A program made the position numbers and the translations under genes. A stretch of 64,000 nt of DNA, taken from NCBI GenBank assembly GCA_965219685.1, contig CBDCOH010000002.1, positions 2,720,001 through 2,784,000 of the forward strand, in the 5' to 3' direction. Shown in pieces: positions 1 through 9,134 of the stretch; position 1 is the first letter of the stretch; each line of letters starts with the position of its first letter. The notes below the pieces were generated by a model that was given only the letters and a program-made list of their open reading frames with translations, searched no databases and was not told the DNA's origin. This DNA is from Candidatus Spongiisociaceae bacterium (GTDB lineage Bacteria; Actinomycetota; Acidimicrobiia; Spongiisociales; Spongiisociaceae).

Positions 1-2
1 CA

Positions 3-737
3 GCGGCCGTCGAGGTGGATGTGGCAGAGGTGCTGCGCCAAGCCCGGGCAGATGTGGTGATCTCGTACCTGCCTGTCGGGTCGCAAGCGGCGACCGAGTA
101 CTACGTGGAGCAGGCGCTGGCGGCGGGATGTGCCTTCGTGAACTGCATTCCGGTGTTCATCGCCCGCACCGATGAGTGGGCGGACCGGTTCCGGGAGGCG
201 GGACTCCCGATAGTGGGCGACGACATAAAGTCCCAGGTGGGTGCCACGATCCTGCACCGGACCCTCGTGAACCTCTTTCAGGATCGGGGGGTGAAGGTGG
301 ACCGCACCTACCAACTCAACTTCGGGGGCAACACCGACTTCCTCAACATGTTGGAGAGAAGTCGCCTCGTGTCCAAGAAGGAGTCCAAGACCAAGGCGGT
401 CACCAGCCAACTCGAGACCCGCATGCCGGTCGAGGACATCCATGTCGGGCCCTCGGACCATGTTCCGTGGCTGACCGACCGCAAGTGGGCCCACATCCGG
501 CTCGAGGGCACCTCCTTCGGCAACACCCCGTTGGATGTCGAGGTCAAGTTGGAAGTATGGGACAGCCCCAACTCAGCCGGGGTGGTGATAGATGCCGTCC
601 GCTGCGCGAAGCTTGGTCTGGACAGGGGACTATCAGGTCCACTTTATGAAGCCAGTGCGTACTTCATGAAGTCCCCACCCCGCCAGATGCGGGACGGTGC
701 AGCAAGGGAAGCAGTGGAGCGGTTTATTCGTGGATAG
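3..737 (+). CDS. ino1: myo-inositol-1-phosphate synthase (5' end outside window)
   Basis: Motifs [31 protein letters not shown] and [16 protein letters not shown] are typical of the bacterial enzyme. Confidence 0.95.
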   Translation, partial: AAVEVDVAEVLRQARADVVISYLPVGSQAATEYYVEQALAAGCAFVNCIPVFIARTDEWADRFREAGLPIVGDDIKSQVGATILHRTLVNLFQDRGVKVDRTYQLNFGGNTDFLNMLERSRLVSKKESKTKAVTSQLETRMPVEDIHVGPSDHVPWLTDRKWAHIRLEGTSFGNTPLDVEVKLEVWDSPNSAGVVIDAVRCAKLGLDRGLSGPLYEASAYFMKSPPRQMRDGAAREAVERFIRG

Positions 738-747
738 CGGCTGGCGG

Positions 748-857
748 ATGGTGAATGGTGAATGGTGAATGGTGAATGGTGAATGGTGAATGGTGAATGG
801 TGAATGGTGAATGGTGAATGGTGAATGGTGAATGGTGAATGGTGAATGGTGAATGGT
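748..857 (+). repeat. heptamer tandem array (ATGGTGA)x15 plus a partial copy
   Basis: Perfect 7-nt repeat starting 10 nt after the ino1 stop codon. Confidence 0.98.
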
Positions 858-995
858 AGACACAGCACGTAGATGCATAGTTTCAAGCTGTACCGCGAAT
901 GCGATTGCCCTCCCCTCGGTGGCCCGCTCGAACTCGGACAGCCCTTGTCGACACCGGGGAAACTATGTGAACTGGCTCTAACCGTCGACTAACAA

Positions 996-3302
996 CTAAC
1001 AACTGATGATCGGTGGGGGAGCGAAGGCGGAGTGGATGGGGACCTCTCCCAGCCACTTCTCAACGCGGACCAGGCAGGTGTGGGCGGCGGGCCCTTGCGC
1101 CAAGCTGGACGTTCCGAGATCGGATGTGAGGGCATTGGGATTGCCGTGAAGGCAGGTGCGATCGAGATCCGGCTCGGGTCCGGGCGAGTACCAGGCGCCC
1201 GTCGCCAACTCCACCACGCCCCTGCGAAGCCGATCCGTAGTCGAGACCCCTGCCAGGCACGCTCCCCTGGCGTTGAAGACCCGCACGACATCGCCCGCCT
1301 CTATGCCGCGCACGTCCGCGTCGTCGGGATGCATGCGGATCGACTCGAGACCGGCGATCTTGGCTCTCCGACTTGTCGACCCGTGGTCCCACTGGCTGTG
1401 GAGCCGGGTCCGGGGCTGGTTGGACACGAGGTGAAGGTCGAGTTCGCCGGCCTCGCCCAACCACTCTCGCGGCGCCATCCAGGTTGGATGGGGTGGGCAG
1501 TCGTCGTATCCGAATCCGGCAATCGCCGACGAGTACAACTCGATGCGGCCCGACGGGGTAGACAGCGGGTGGCGCTCCGGATCCTCGCGGAAGTCCTCTA
1601 GCAGGATCCGCTTGGGCTGATCACCCGCATACCGCCGGTCCAGGAACCCTGCTTCCCAGAACTCCTCGAACGCGGGGCAACCCGGCTCACGCTGCCGCAG
1701 CTTCTCGTAAAGATGCCGTACCCATTGATCCGAGGTCCGTCCCTCGGAGAAACCGTCACCAACTCCGAGCCGGTCCGCCAGCCCGCCGAAGATCTCGTAG
1801 TCGTTCCGGGCTCCACCCACCGGGGCGAGGGCCTGCTGGATGGCGAAGATATGAGTGTCGGTAGGAGCTCCGCCCAGATCGTTCCGCTCGAGCGCAGTCG
1901 TAGACGGTAGGACCACGTCGGCGTGCTTGGCCGTCGCCGTCCAGAAAGGCTCGTTGACGACCACCGTGTCCGGACGCTGCCAGGCCGTGCGTAGCCGGTT
2001 CAGGTCTTGGTGGTGATGGAAGGGGTTCCCTCCTGCCCAGTAGACCAGCCGGATGTCCGGGAAGGTGTAGGTGCCGCCGTCGTACGTGAACTCGTCGCCT
2101 GGATGGAGCAGCATGTCGGAGATGCGCGCCACCGGTATGAACGAGTCGATCGGCCGCCTCCCCCAGGGAAGGAAGGGAAGCCATGAGTTCGTTGATCCGT
2201 TACCGACCGAGGCCATCGCCCCGTACCCGATGCCGAGACCTCCACCAGGAAGGCCGATCTGGCCGACCGCCGCCGCAAGGGCGATGGCCGCCCAGATCAC
2301 ATGCTCGCCGTGGTGGGACCTCTGGAGTGACCAACTGACGTTGATCATCGATCGCCGCTCGACCAGCGAGCGGGCCAACGACCGGATCTCGGAAGGGCGG
2401 ATCGTGGTGATGCCGGAAGCCCACTCGGCGTCCTTGGCGATCCCGTCCTCGGAGCCGGTTACGTAGGCGGCGAGGGCGTCCCAACCGGTGCAGTGGTCGC
2501 GAACAAAAGCGCGGTCGTAGGAGCGGTCGGCTATGAGCGTGTGGATGAGCGCCAGCATGAGAGCGATGTCGGTACCCGGCCTGATGGGCACCCAGGCCGG
2601 CCGGAGCGAATCTCCCAGGTCGTCGGCTATGGGTGAGACGTTGACAAAACGCGCACCCCCGTCCGCCCAGCGGCGCAACCAGCCTCGGAGTTCATGACGG
2701 CCTACCCCTCCGTGCTCGATCTGGGCGTTCTTGAGAGGGATGCCCCCGAAGGCCACCACCAGTTCGGTGCTCTCTGCGATCACATCCCAGGAGGTAAGCG
2801 CGTTCTGGAAGCGCCACCAGCCGAGCCCGAGCACATGGGGCAGGATGACCTCGGCAGCAGCGAGGCTGTACGTGTTGACCGACCGCGTGTACCCGCCGAT
2901 CGAGTTCATGAACCGGTGAAGCTGGGTGGGCGCATGGTGGAAGCGGCCCGCACTGGCCCAGCCGTACGAGCCCGCATAGATGGATTCGTTGCCGAACTCC
3001 GTCCGCACGCGGTCCAATTCGGCAGCCACGAGATCGAGCGCACGGTCCCATCCGAGCTCCACGAACCTGTCTTTCCCGCGCCTCTCGGGAGCAGTCCCCG
3101 GCCCACCTTCCAGCCAACTCTCCCTCACCGACGGCATCCTGACCCGGCACCGCTCCACACCGACCATCGAGTACCCGATCGGGGAAGGATCCGGGTCGTC
3201 CCTAAACGGTCGCACCGCGCGAATGGACCGTCCCTCGGTCTCCACCTCGTAGGCACCCCAATGGGTGAGGGTCAAGGTCGAGTTTCGTTTCGCATCGCTC
3301 AA
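996..3302 (-). CDS. molybdopterin (Mo-bisPGD) oxidoreductase, biotin-sulfoxide/DMSO/TMAO reductase family, cytoplasmic
   Basis: N-terminal THWG, GSYGWASAGRFHHA, candidate Ser ligand in NTYSLAA, WAGGNPFHHHQD, RLHSQ; no Tat signal. Confidence 0.92.
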   Translation of the reverse strand: MSDAKRNSTLTLTHWGAYEVETEGRSIRAVRPFRDDPDPSPIGYSMVGVERCRVRMPSVRESWLEGGPGTAPERRGKDRFVELGWDRALDLVAAELDRVRTEFGNESIYAGSYGWASAGRFHHAPTQLHRFMNSIGGYTRSVNTYSLAAAEVILPHVLGLGWWRFQNALTSWDVIAESTELVVAFGGIPLKNAQIEHGGVGRHELRGWLRRWADGGARFVNVSPIADDLGDSLRPAWVPIRPGTDIALMLALIHTLIADRSYDRAFVRDHCTGWDALAAYVTGSEDGIAKDAEWASGITTIRPSEIRSLARSLVERRSMINVSWSLQRSHHGEHVIWAAIALAAAVGQIGLPGGGLGIGYGAMASVGNGSTNSWLPFLPWGRRPIDSFIPVARISDMLLHPGDEFTYDGGTYTFPDIRLVYWAGGNPFHHHQDLNRLRTAWQRPDTVVVNEPFWTATAKHADVVLPSTTALERNDLGGAPTDTHIFAIQQALAPVGGARNDYEIFGGLADRLGVGDGFSEGRTSDQWVRHLYEKLRQREPGCPAFEEFWEAGFLDRRYAGDQPKRILLEDFREDPERHPLSTPSGRIELYSSAIAGFGYDDCPPHPTWMAPREWLGEAGELDLHLVSNQPRTRLHSQWDHGSTSRRAKIAGLESIRMHPDDADVRGIEAGDVVRVFNARGACLAGVSTTDRLRRGVVELATGAWYSPGPEPDLDRTCLHGNPNALTSDLGTSSLAQGPAAHTCLVRVEKWLGEVPIHSAFAPPPIISC

Positions 3303-3405
3303 GACGTCGGTCCTCCGACTGCTGGAAGCATCCCACGACCGGCCCCAGGCCGGCTGGGCAACCGTCCCAAACCCTACCGAGGCCCGCTCGTCACAGATGG
3401 AAATC

Positions 3406-4176
3406 TCACTCCGGCGTGACGTAGGCGGCGGTTATCCCCCCGTCGACCATCAGGTTGGCGCCGGTGACATAGGAGGACTCATCCGACGCCAGGAACAGGG
3501 CCGCGGCGGCCACCTCGTTCGCTTCGCCGAATCTCCCCATGGGTACATGGACGAGCCGCCGCTGCCTCTTCTCCTCCGTGTCGAGGAAGGACATCAGCAA
3601 TTCGGTGCATAGCGGCCCGGGCGAGAGTGCGTTGATCCGGATGTTCTCCCGGGCGTGGAGAACCGCCAGCTCACGGGTCAGGGAAAGCACCGCGCCCTTC
3701 GAGGCCGTGTATGCGATCTGCGGGGTGGCCGCACCCATGGAGGCCACGAAGGAGGCCGTGTTGATGATGGAGCCGCCGCCCGAGCGCCGCATGGCGGGGA
3801 CCGCGTGCTTGCAGCCATAGAGGACACCCTTGAGGTTGACGGCCAGCGTCTTGTCGATCGTCTCCTCGCTGGTGGAGACGGCGCCGGCGTCGTCGGCGAG
3901 CATGACGCCGGCGTTGTTGAACGCGATGTCGAGCCGTCCGTACGCCGCCTCGGCGGTCCCTACCGCACGGGCGACCTCGCTGTCAACGGACACGTCGGCG
4001 CGCACCGCAGTGGCCTCGCCTCCGTTGCTTCGGATGATCTCGACGGTCTCATGGTTGTCGTCCGAAATGTCGGCCGCCACGATCCTGGCGCCCTCCTCGG
4101 CGAAGAGAACGGCAGCGGCCCGTCCGATGCCGCTGGCCGTTCCGGTGATGAACGCCACCTTCCCGTCGAGTCTCAT
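3406..4176 (-). CDS. short-chain dehydrogenase/reductase
   Basis: TGxxxGIG, NNAG and YxxxK (YTASK) motifs. Confidence 0.93.
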   Translation of the reverse strand: MRLDGKVAFITGTASGIGRAAAVLFAEEGARIVAADISDDNHETVEIIRSNGGEATAVRADVSVDSEVARAVGTAEAAYGRLDIAFNNAGVMLADDAGAVSTSEETIDKTLAVNLKGVLYGCKHAVPAMRRSGGGSIINTASFVASMGAATPQIAYTASKGAVLSLTRELAVLHARENIRINALSPGPLCTELLMSFLDTEEKRQRRLVHVPMGRFGEANEVAAAALFLASDESSYVTGANLMVDGGITAAYVTPE

Positions 4177-4438
4177 AGCGGTTCCTTCCGCTCGGCTTCA
4201 GGTCCGGCGTCTCCCGGCGTCTGCCACCGCATCATCGCTAACGCGAGAGGGTATTCAACGGCGCTCGATCATGCATCACCGGAGGGCACCGACCGAGCCG
4301 GCGGTAACCTTGCCGAGCGGCTACCGGTTGTAGTGGACGGCGGACCACACACTGCCGCTCGACCCGGTTCCGTGACCGTGATCGATCGAAGGGAACGCCG
4401 TCCGCGCAACGCGGCGGAAAAGGTGGAGACGAGCATTG

Positions 4439-5236
4439 ATGGGCGCATTCGACAAGTCTGCCATCGACAAGGACGCGCGGCAGTACGCCACCAGGGTGAG
4501 GAAGGGCGAGGTGGCCCGGTACGTGCTGCTGCCGGGAGATCCCGCCCGCGTCGACCGGATCGGGACCCACCTCGATGATGTGACCCCGGTGGCGAACAGC
4601 CGGGAGTTCCATACGATCACGGGTTCCTACAAGGGCATCCCGGTCAGCGCTACCTCCACCGGTGTCGGTTGCCCGTCGGCCTCGATCGCCGTCGAGGAAC
4701 TCGCCAACGCGGGCGCCACCCACTTCATCAGGGTGGGCAGTACTGCCGCACTCCAGCCACATATCCGGACCGGAGACATCGTCATCAACACGGGTGTCGT
4801 CCGCAACGACGGTACGACCCGAGCCTACGTTCCCGACACTTACCCGGCCATTGCCGATCACTTCCTCGTCCACGCCCTCATAGAGACGGCTCGGGACCTC
4901 CGCTCGGAGGCAGGGTTCGAGATGCACATCGGCCTGGGCGCATGCGACGACGCATTCTACGCGGAGACTCCGGAGTGGATCGAACGCCATTCCCGCCTCG
5001 GGCTGCTGAACATCGAGATGGAGAGTTCCGCCATCTTCACGGTGGCTCAGCTCCGTGGCGTCCATGCGGCGATGGTGTGCGGTGTGTCCGGCAGCCTGGT
5101 GGTGGCCGACTTCGACTACGACCGGGGAGAGCACGGCAACCAGCGCCTGGTGGCAGCCTGGGAAAACGCGATCGCGATCGCCCTGGAGGCGGTCCTCCGG
5201 TACGACGCGGAGTACTCCGCGCCCCTCCCGGCATGA
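4439..5236 (+). CDS. nucleoside phosphorylase (uridine phosphorylase-like, PNP_UDP_1)
   Basis: LLPGDPAR, STGVGCPS, IRVGS and NIEMES motifs. Confidence 0.9.
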   Translation: MGAFDKSAIDKDARQYATRVRKGEVARYVLLPGDPARVDRIGTHLDDVTPVANSREFHTITGSYKGIPVSATSTGVGCPSASIAVEELANAGATHFIRVGSTAALQPHIRTGDIVINTGVVRNDGTTRAYVPDTYPAIADHFLVHALIETARDLRSEAGFEMHIGLGACDDAFYAETPEWIERHSRLGLLNIEMESSAIFTVAQLRGVHAAMVCGVSGSLVVADFDYDRGEHGNQRLVAAWENAIAIALEAVLRYDAEYSAPLPA

Positions 5237-6348
5237 ATGTGAACGACGGAGCAACTCCGCACGACCTGGACGCCTTCATCGAGGAGATGCCCAAGGCCGA
5301 ACTGCACGTTCATCTCGAAGGGACGATGCAGCCATCCACAGCAGTCGAGTTGGCCGCACGCCACGATCTGACCCAGACCCTTCCCACCACGGATCCGGAG
5401 CGACTGTCCGGGTGGTTCGAGTTCACGGACTTCGCGGACTTCATTCGCGTGATCGTCGCCTCGCAGAACCTGATTCGTACATCCGATGATTTTGCGCTGG
5501 TCACCTACCAGGCCGGCGCCGACATGGCTCGGCAGAGCATCCGCTACCGGGAATTGACCGTCTCCCCGTACAACCACACCCACTACTTCGACAAAGGGCT
5601 ATCTTTCCGCGACCTCCTCAACGGCCTGGAAGAGGGACGGAGGAGCGTCAGAGCGGACTTCGGCGTGGAGATACGCTGGGTGTTCGACATCGGCCGAAAC
5701 CTCTGTTTCTCCGGCCCCGACCGTGCGTACGATCCCGAACCGGCCGATACGACCCTGCGTTACGCACTCGCCGGACGCGAGTACGGGGTGATCGGATTGG
5801 GCATAGGCGGCGACGAGGAGGGCCGCCCTCCGGAACCGTTCACCCATGCTTTCCGGGCGGCGAAGCGGGAGGGTCTCGCAAGCGTGCCTCACGCCGGGGA
5901 ATCGCTGCGGGATTGGAGTGCGGACCACGTAAGGGGATCGATCTACGCCCTTGGAGCCGACCGGATCGGGCACGGGGTCGGGGCGATCAGGGATCCCCAC
6001 GTCCTCGCCCTCCTGCACGACCGGGCCATTCCCCTGGAAGTGTGTCCCACCAGCAACCTCAAGACCCGTGTGTGCCGCGATCTCCGCCTGCATCCCTTCC
6101 CCCATCTCGACGCCATGGGACTGACCCTCACGGTCAACAGCGACGACCCTCCGTTCTTCGGAACCACGCTGACCGACGAGTACAGGCTCCTGGCCACTGA
6201 GTTCGGTTACGGACCCGAGGACCTCGTGCGGATCGCCCGCAACGCTTTCGTATCGGCCCTATGCGGGCCTGCCCTACGCCGGGCCCTCCTCGATGAGTTC
6301 GACGCGTGGGTTCGTGAGCACACCATGGAGGCAAGCCCCGAGAATTGA
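5233..6348 (+). CDS. add: adenosine/adenine deaminase
   Basis: PKAELHVHLEG, HAGE, RIGHG, EVCPTSN and NSDDP motifs; ATG at 5233 overlaps the upstream stop (ATGA). Confidence 0.9.
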   Translation: MNVNDGATPHDLDAFIEEMPKAELHVHLEGTMQPSTAVELAARHDLTQTLPTTDPERLSGWFEFTDFADFIRVIVASQNLIRTSDDFALVTYQAGADMARQSIRYRELTVSPYNHTHYFDKGLSFRDLLNGLEEGRRSVRADFGVEIRWVFDIGRNLCFSGPDRAYDPEPADTTLRYALAGREYGVIGLGIGGDEEGRPPEPFTHAFRAAKREGLASVPHAGESLRDWSADHVRGSIYALGADRIGHGVGAIRDPHVLALLHDRAIPLEVCPTSNLKTRVCRDLRLHPFPHLDAMGLTLTVNSDDPPFFGTTLTDEYRLLATEFGYGPEDLVRIARNAFVSALCGPALRRALLDEFDAWVREHTMEASPEN

Positions 6349-6368
6349 TTCCTCCCTGGATGGCTCCG

Positions 6369-6449
6369 TCAGCCGGAGTCGTCGTGGACGAGACGAACGG
6401 TGTCCCGGGCGATCAGCGACTCCTCGTCGGTGGGTATCACCCAGATGTC
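6369..6449 (-). pseudogene. ackA: acetate kinase, detached 3' fragment (DIWVIPTDEESLIARDTVRLVHDDSG*)
   Basis: Minus-strand translation gives the conserved acetate kinase C-terminal VIPTxEE motif and continues the fragment at 7800-8920. Confidence 0.9.
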
Positions 6450-7799
6450 GGCCCTGCGCGGAAATGTGGGATGGGTGGGTTGAAATCCTTGGATTGGGGG
6501 TGAGGCCCCGCTGGAATCGGTGAAGACCAAATCGCCGAATCCCAGGAGGGGCCTCGATGTCTGATGTTATGTCTGTTCGTCTGCACTTGTCGGGTGTTCG
6601 CGTTAAGGGGGTGCCGGTCGATTCCGTTGATCGCCTCGAGGTTGAGGTGGAATCGACCAGGGAGTGGTCCCGGTGTCCTCATTGTGGGTTCCGCTGCTCC
6701 AAGGTGTGGGACCGGCGAGCGAAGCGGGTTCGTGACTTGGAGGTGAGCGGCCGGCGCACGACTCTGGTGTGGCGTCGCCGCCGGTTCTGGTGTGGTAACT
6801 GTGAGGAGCGGCACCTGGAGGACCACGACCAGTTCCGGGCGGGGTTGACTCGCCGGTTCGCGCAGCGTCTTGTTCAGGACGCCAGGCGGATGTCGATTAG
6901 GGCGGCTTCCCGTCATCACGGGGTGGGTTGGCATCGGATCATGGGCCTGGTGAGAGCTGAGGCGGCTCGGGTAGCGAAGCGTCGCCGCTCCCGACCCTGT
7001 CGGGTGTTGTTGGTGGACGAAACGTCGATCCGGCGCCGGCATCGTTATGTGACCGTGGTTGCTTGTGGCGACACCGGCAAAGTGTTGGCGATGATCCCAG
7101 GCCGGACGAAAGCGTCTCTGACCAGGTTCTTCAGAGACCAGGGGGCATGGTGGTGTCGGCAGGTGGAGATCGTCGTCTCCGACGGATCACGCTCATACCA
7201 GGCAGCCATCGCCCAGTACCTGCCCGACGCCCGCCACGTCCTCGACCGGTTCCACGTCGCGCGGTGGTTTACCGAAGGCTTGACCCTGGTACGCCGTGAA
7301 CTGCAACGCCGCCCCCCAGATCAGCGGCCCCCCACATACGAGCCGGACCTTTTCCGAGCCCGGTTCACCCTCCTACGGCGGGCGGATCATCTCACAGACG
7401 GGCACCACAAGCACCTCGACCGCCTATTCGACGCTCACCCCCGGCTCCGCACCGCCTGGGACGCTCTCCAAGAGCTCTACCAGCTGTACCAATCCGAAGA
7501 CCTCGACGGCGCCAACCAGGCGCTGGGGCGGTTCGCCGACCTCTACGCCACCGGTCAGATCCCCGAATACCACGACATCGTGGACACCATCATCGCCTGG
7601 GGAGAAGAGATACTGGCCTACCACCGCAGCAGACGAGCAACCAACGGACCCATCGAAGGAATCAACAACCTGCTCCAAGTCCTACGCCGCGTCGCTCACG
7701 GGTTCACCAACACCAACAACTTCGCAGCCCGAGGAATCCTCGTAACATGACCCACCACACCGACCACAGCGCCCAAAACCCACGAAATCGCGAAGCCTC
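6450..7799 (+). mobile_element. ISL3-family insertion sequence with 8-bp target-site duplication CAGATGTC (6442-6449 and 7800-7807)
   Basis: Imperfect 21-nt terminal inverted repeats GGCCCTGCGCGGAAATGTGGG / GAGGCTTCGCGATTTCGTGGG, flanking direct repeat, internal transposase. Confidence 0.9.
6557..7750 (+). CDS. ISL3-family transposase
   Basis: Zn finger CPHCG...CGNC; DDE residues in LVDE, VVSD, LDRFHV and TNGPIEGINN. Confidence 0.95.
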   Translation: MSDVMSVRLHLSGVRVKGVPVDSVDRLEVEVESTREWSRCPHCGFRCSKVWDRRAKRVRDLEVSGRRTTLVWRRRRFWCGNCEERHLEDHDQFRAGLTRRFAQRLVQDARRMSIRAASRHHGVGWHRIMGLVRAEAARVAKRRRSRPCRVLLVDETSIRRRHRYVTVVACGDTGKVLAMIPGRTKASLTRFFRDQGAWWCRQVEIVVSDGSRSYQAAIAQYLPDARHVLDRFHVARWFTEGLTLVRRELQRRPPDQRPPTYEPDLFRARFTLLRRADHLTDGHHKHLDRLFDAHPRLRTAWDALQELYQLYQSEDLDGANQALGRFADLYATGQIPEYHDIVDTIIAWGEEILAYHRSRRATNGPIEGINNLLQVLRRVAHGFTNTNNFAARGILVT

Positions 7800-8920
7800 C
7801 AGATGTCGGTGGGACTCCCGTCGGAGGCGATCGACCGCTCTCCCCCACCGCGGTTGCGAACGGGATCCACCACCAGGCCCAAGTGCTCCAGACCTTCCAA
7901 GACCATCGAACGGACCTCGCCGCTGTTCTCACCGATCCCTCCCGAGAAGACCACTCCGTCGCAGGGACCGACCTGCGCAATGAAGGCGCCCAGATACCGG
8001 CGGACCCGGTGGACGAAGGCTTCGATGGCCAGGGAGGCAGATCCCTCACCGGCCCGGGCAAACTCGGCCACCCGGCGGAAGTCAGCGGAGAGCCCGCTGA
8101 GGCCGCGCAACCCTCCCTCCCTCTCCAGGCCGTTGCGGATCTCGGCAGCCGGAAACCCCGCCTCCATCAGGTGGAAGACGACCGCCGGATCGATGTCTCC
8201 GCTGCGCGTGCCCATCACCAGCCCTTCCAGGGGAGTCATCCCCATCGAGGTGTCGACAGCCCGACCTTTCCGGACCGCGCACGCGGAGGCCCCGGCGCCG
8301 AGATGGAGCGACACCAGGTTAGGTCGGGGCTTGTCCCAGATCCTCGCGGCCCGCTCGGCCAGGTAGCGGTGGCTGATCCCGTGGAATCCGTAGCGCCGCA
8401 CTCCGTGATCTCGCCACCAGTGGGTGGGTACCGCGTAGCGGTAGGCGTGAGGCGGCAGCGTCGTGAAGAAAGCGGTGTCGAACACGGCCACACCCATTGC
8501 CGCGGGGAGGAATTCTCCGGCGGCTCGGATGCCGGCTAGGTTGGCCGGGTTGTGGAGAGGGGCGAGGCTCGCCAGGGTGTCGATCGCTTCGATCACCGGG
8601 CTGTCGATCATCACGGACTCCGTGAAGCGTTCGCCGCCATGTACGACCCGATGTCCCACCGCCGTGATCTCGTTCAAGCGGCCGAGCGCCGGGGGCGATC
8701 CGATCTCCATGAGCGCCTCTAGGAGCCGTCGCACGGCAAGGCGGTAGTCGCGGACCTCTGCCTCGACCGTGGCCTCCCGGTCACCCACGCGATGCCGGTG
8801 CCGACCCCGGCCGGTACCCACTTCCTCGATGATGCCCGCCGCTAGGGAGCGCTCCGCTCCCGGCCCGTACAGCCTGTACTTGACCGATGAACTCCCGCAG
8901 TTGATGACAAGTATCCGCAT
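7800..8920 (-). pseudogene. ackA: acetate kinase, 5' part interrupted by ISL3
   Basis: ILVINCGSSSVK, GHRVVHGG, APLHNPAN, RYGFHGISH, DTSMGMTPLEGL, GGIGENS; homology stops at the IS boundary. Confidence 0.93.
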
Positions 8921-8996
8921 GAACTCCTCGACCGATGCAGCCCGTTCTGCTCAAACTACCGGCGAGAGTCCGCATCTCCCGGACGCGGTGTCTGGA

Positions 8997-9045
8997 TGTC
9001 CGATGTCGGTTGTCCGATGTACGTCGTCGGTTGTCCGATGTCGGC
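8997..9045 (+). repeat. degenerate heptamer array (TGTCCGA/TGTCGGT)x7
   Basis: Seven 7-nt units upstream of the ackA start. Confidence 0.85.
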
Positions 9046-9103
9046 ACTCACTCAGCTACCGGGGAGGGTTCCGACCACGAATCGACGAGGCGTGATAGCC
9101 CTT

Positions 9104-9131
9104 ACCGGCAACCGGCAACCGGCAACCGGCG
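9104..9131 (+). repeat. heptamer array (ACCGGCA)x4
   Basis: Four units immediately after the hybrid kinase stop codon. Confidence 0.9.
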
Positions 9132-9134
9132 ACG

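Noticed and set aside
633-886. ORFs with (SPFTIHH)n, and the FTIHYSL-repeat N-terminus of ORF 49398-51596
   Set aside because: Translation artefacts of heptamer arrays; the latter is otherwise antisense to glcB
7682-8920. Intact 412-aa acetate kinase
   Set aside because: The last ~38 aa come from the IS end; the true C-terminus is at 6369-6440
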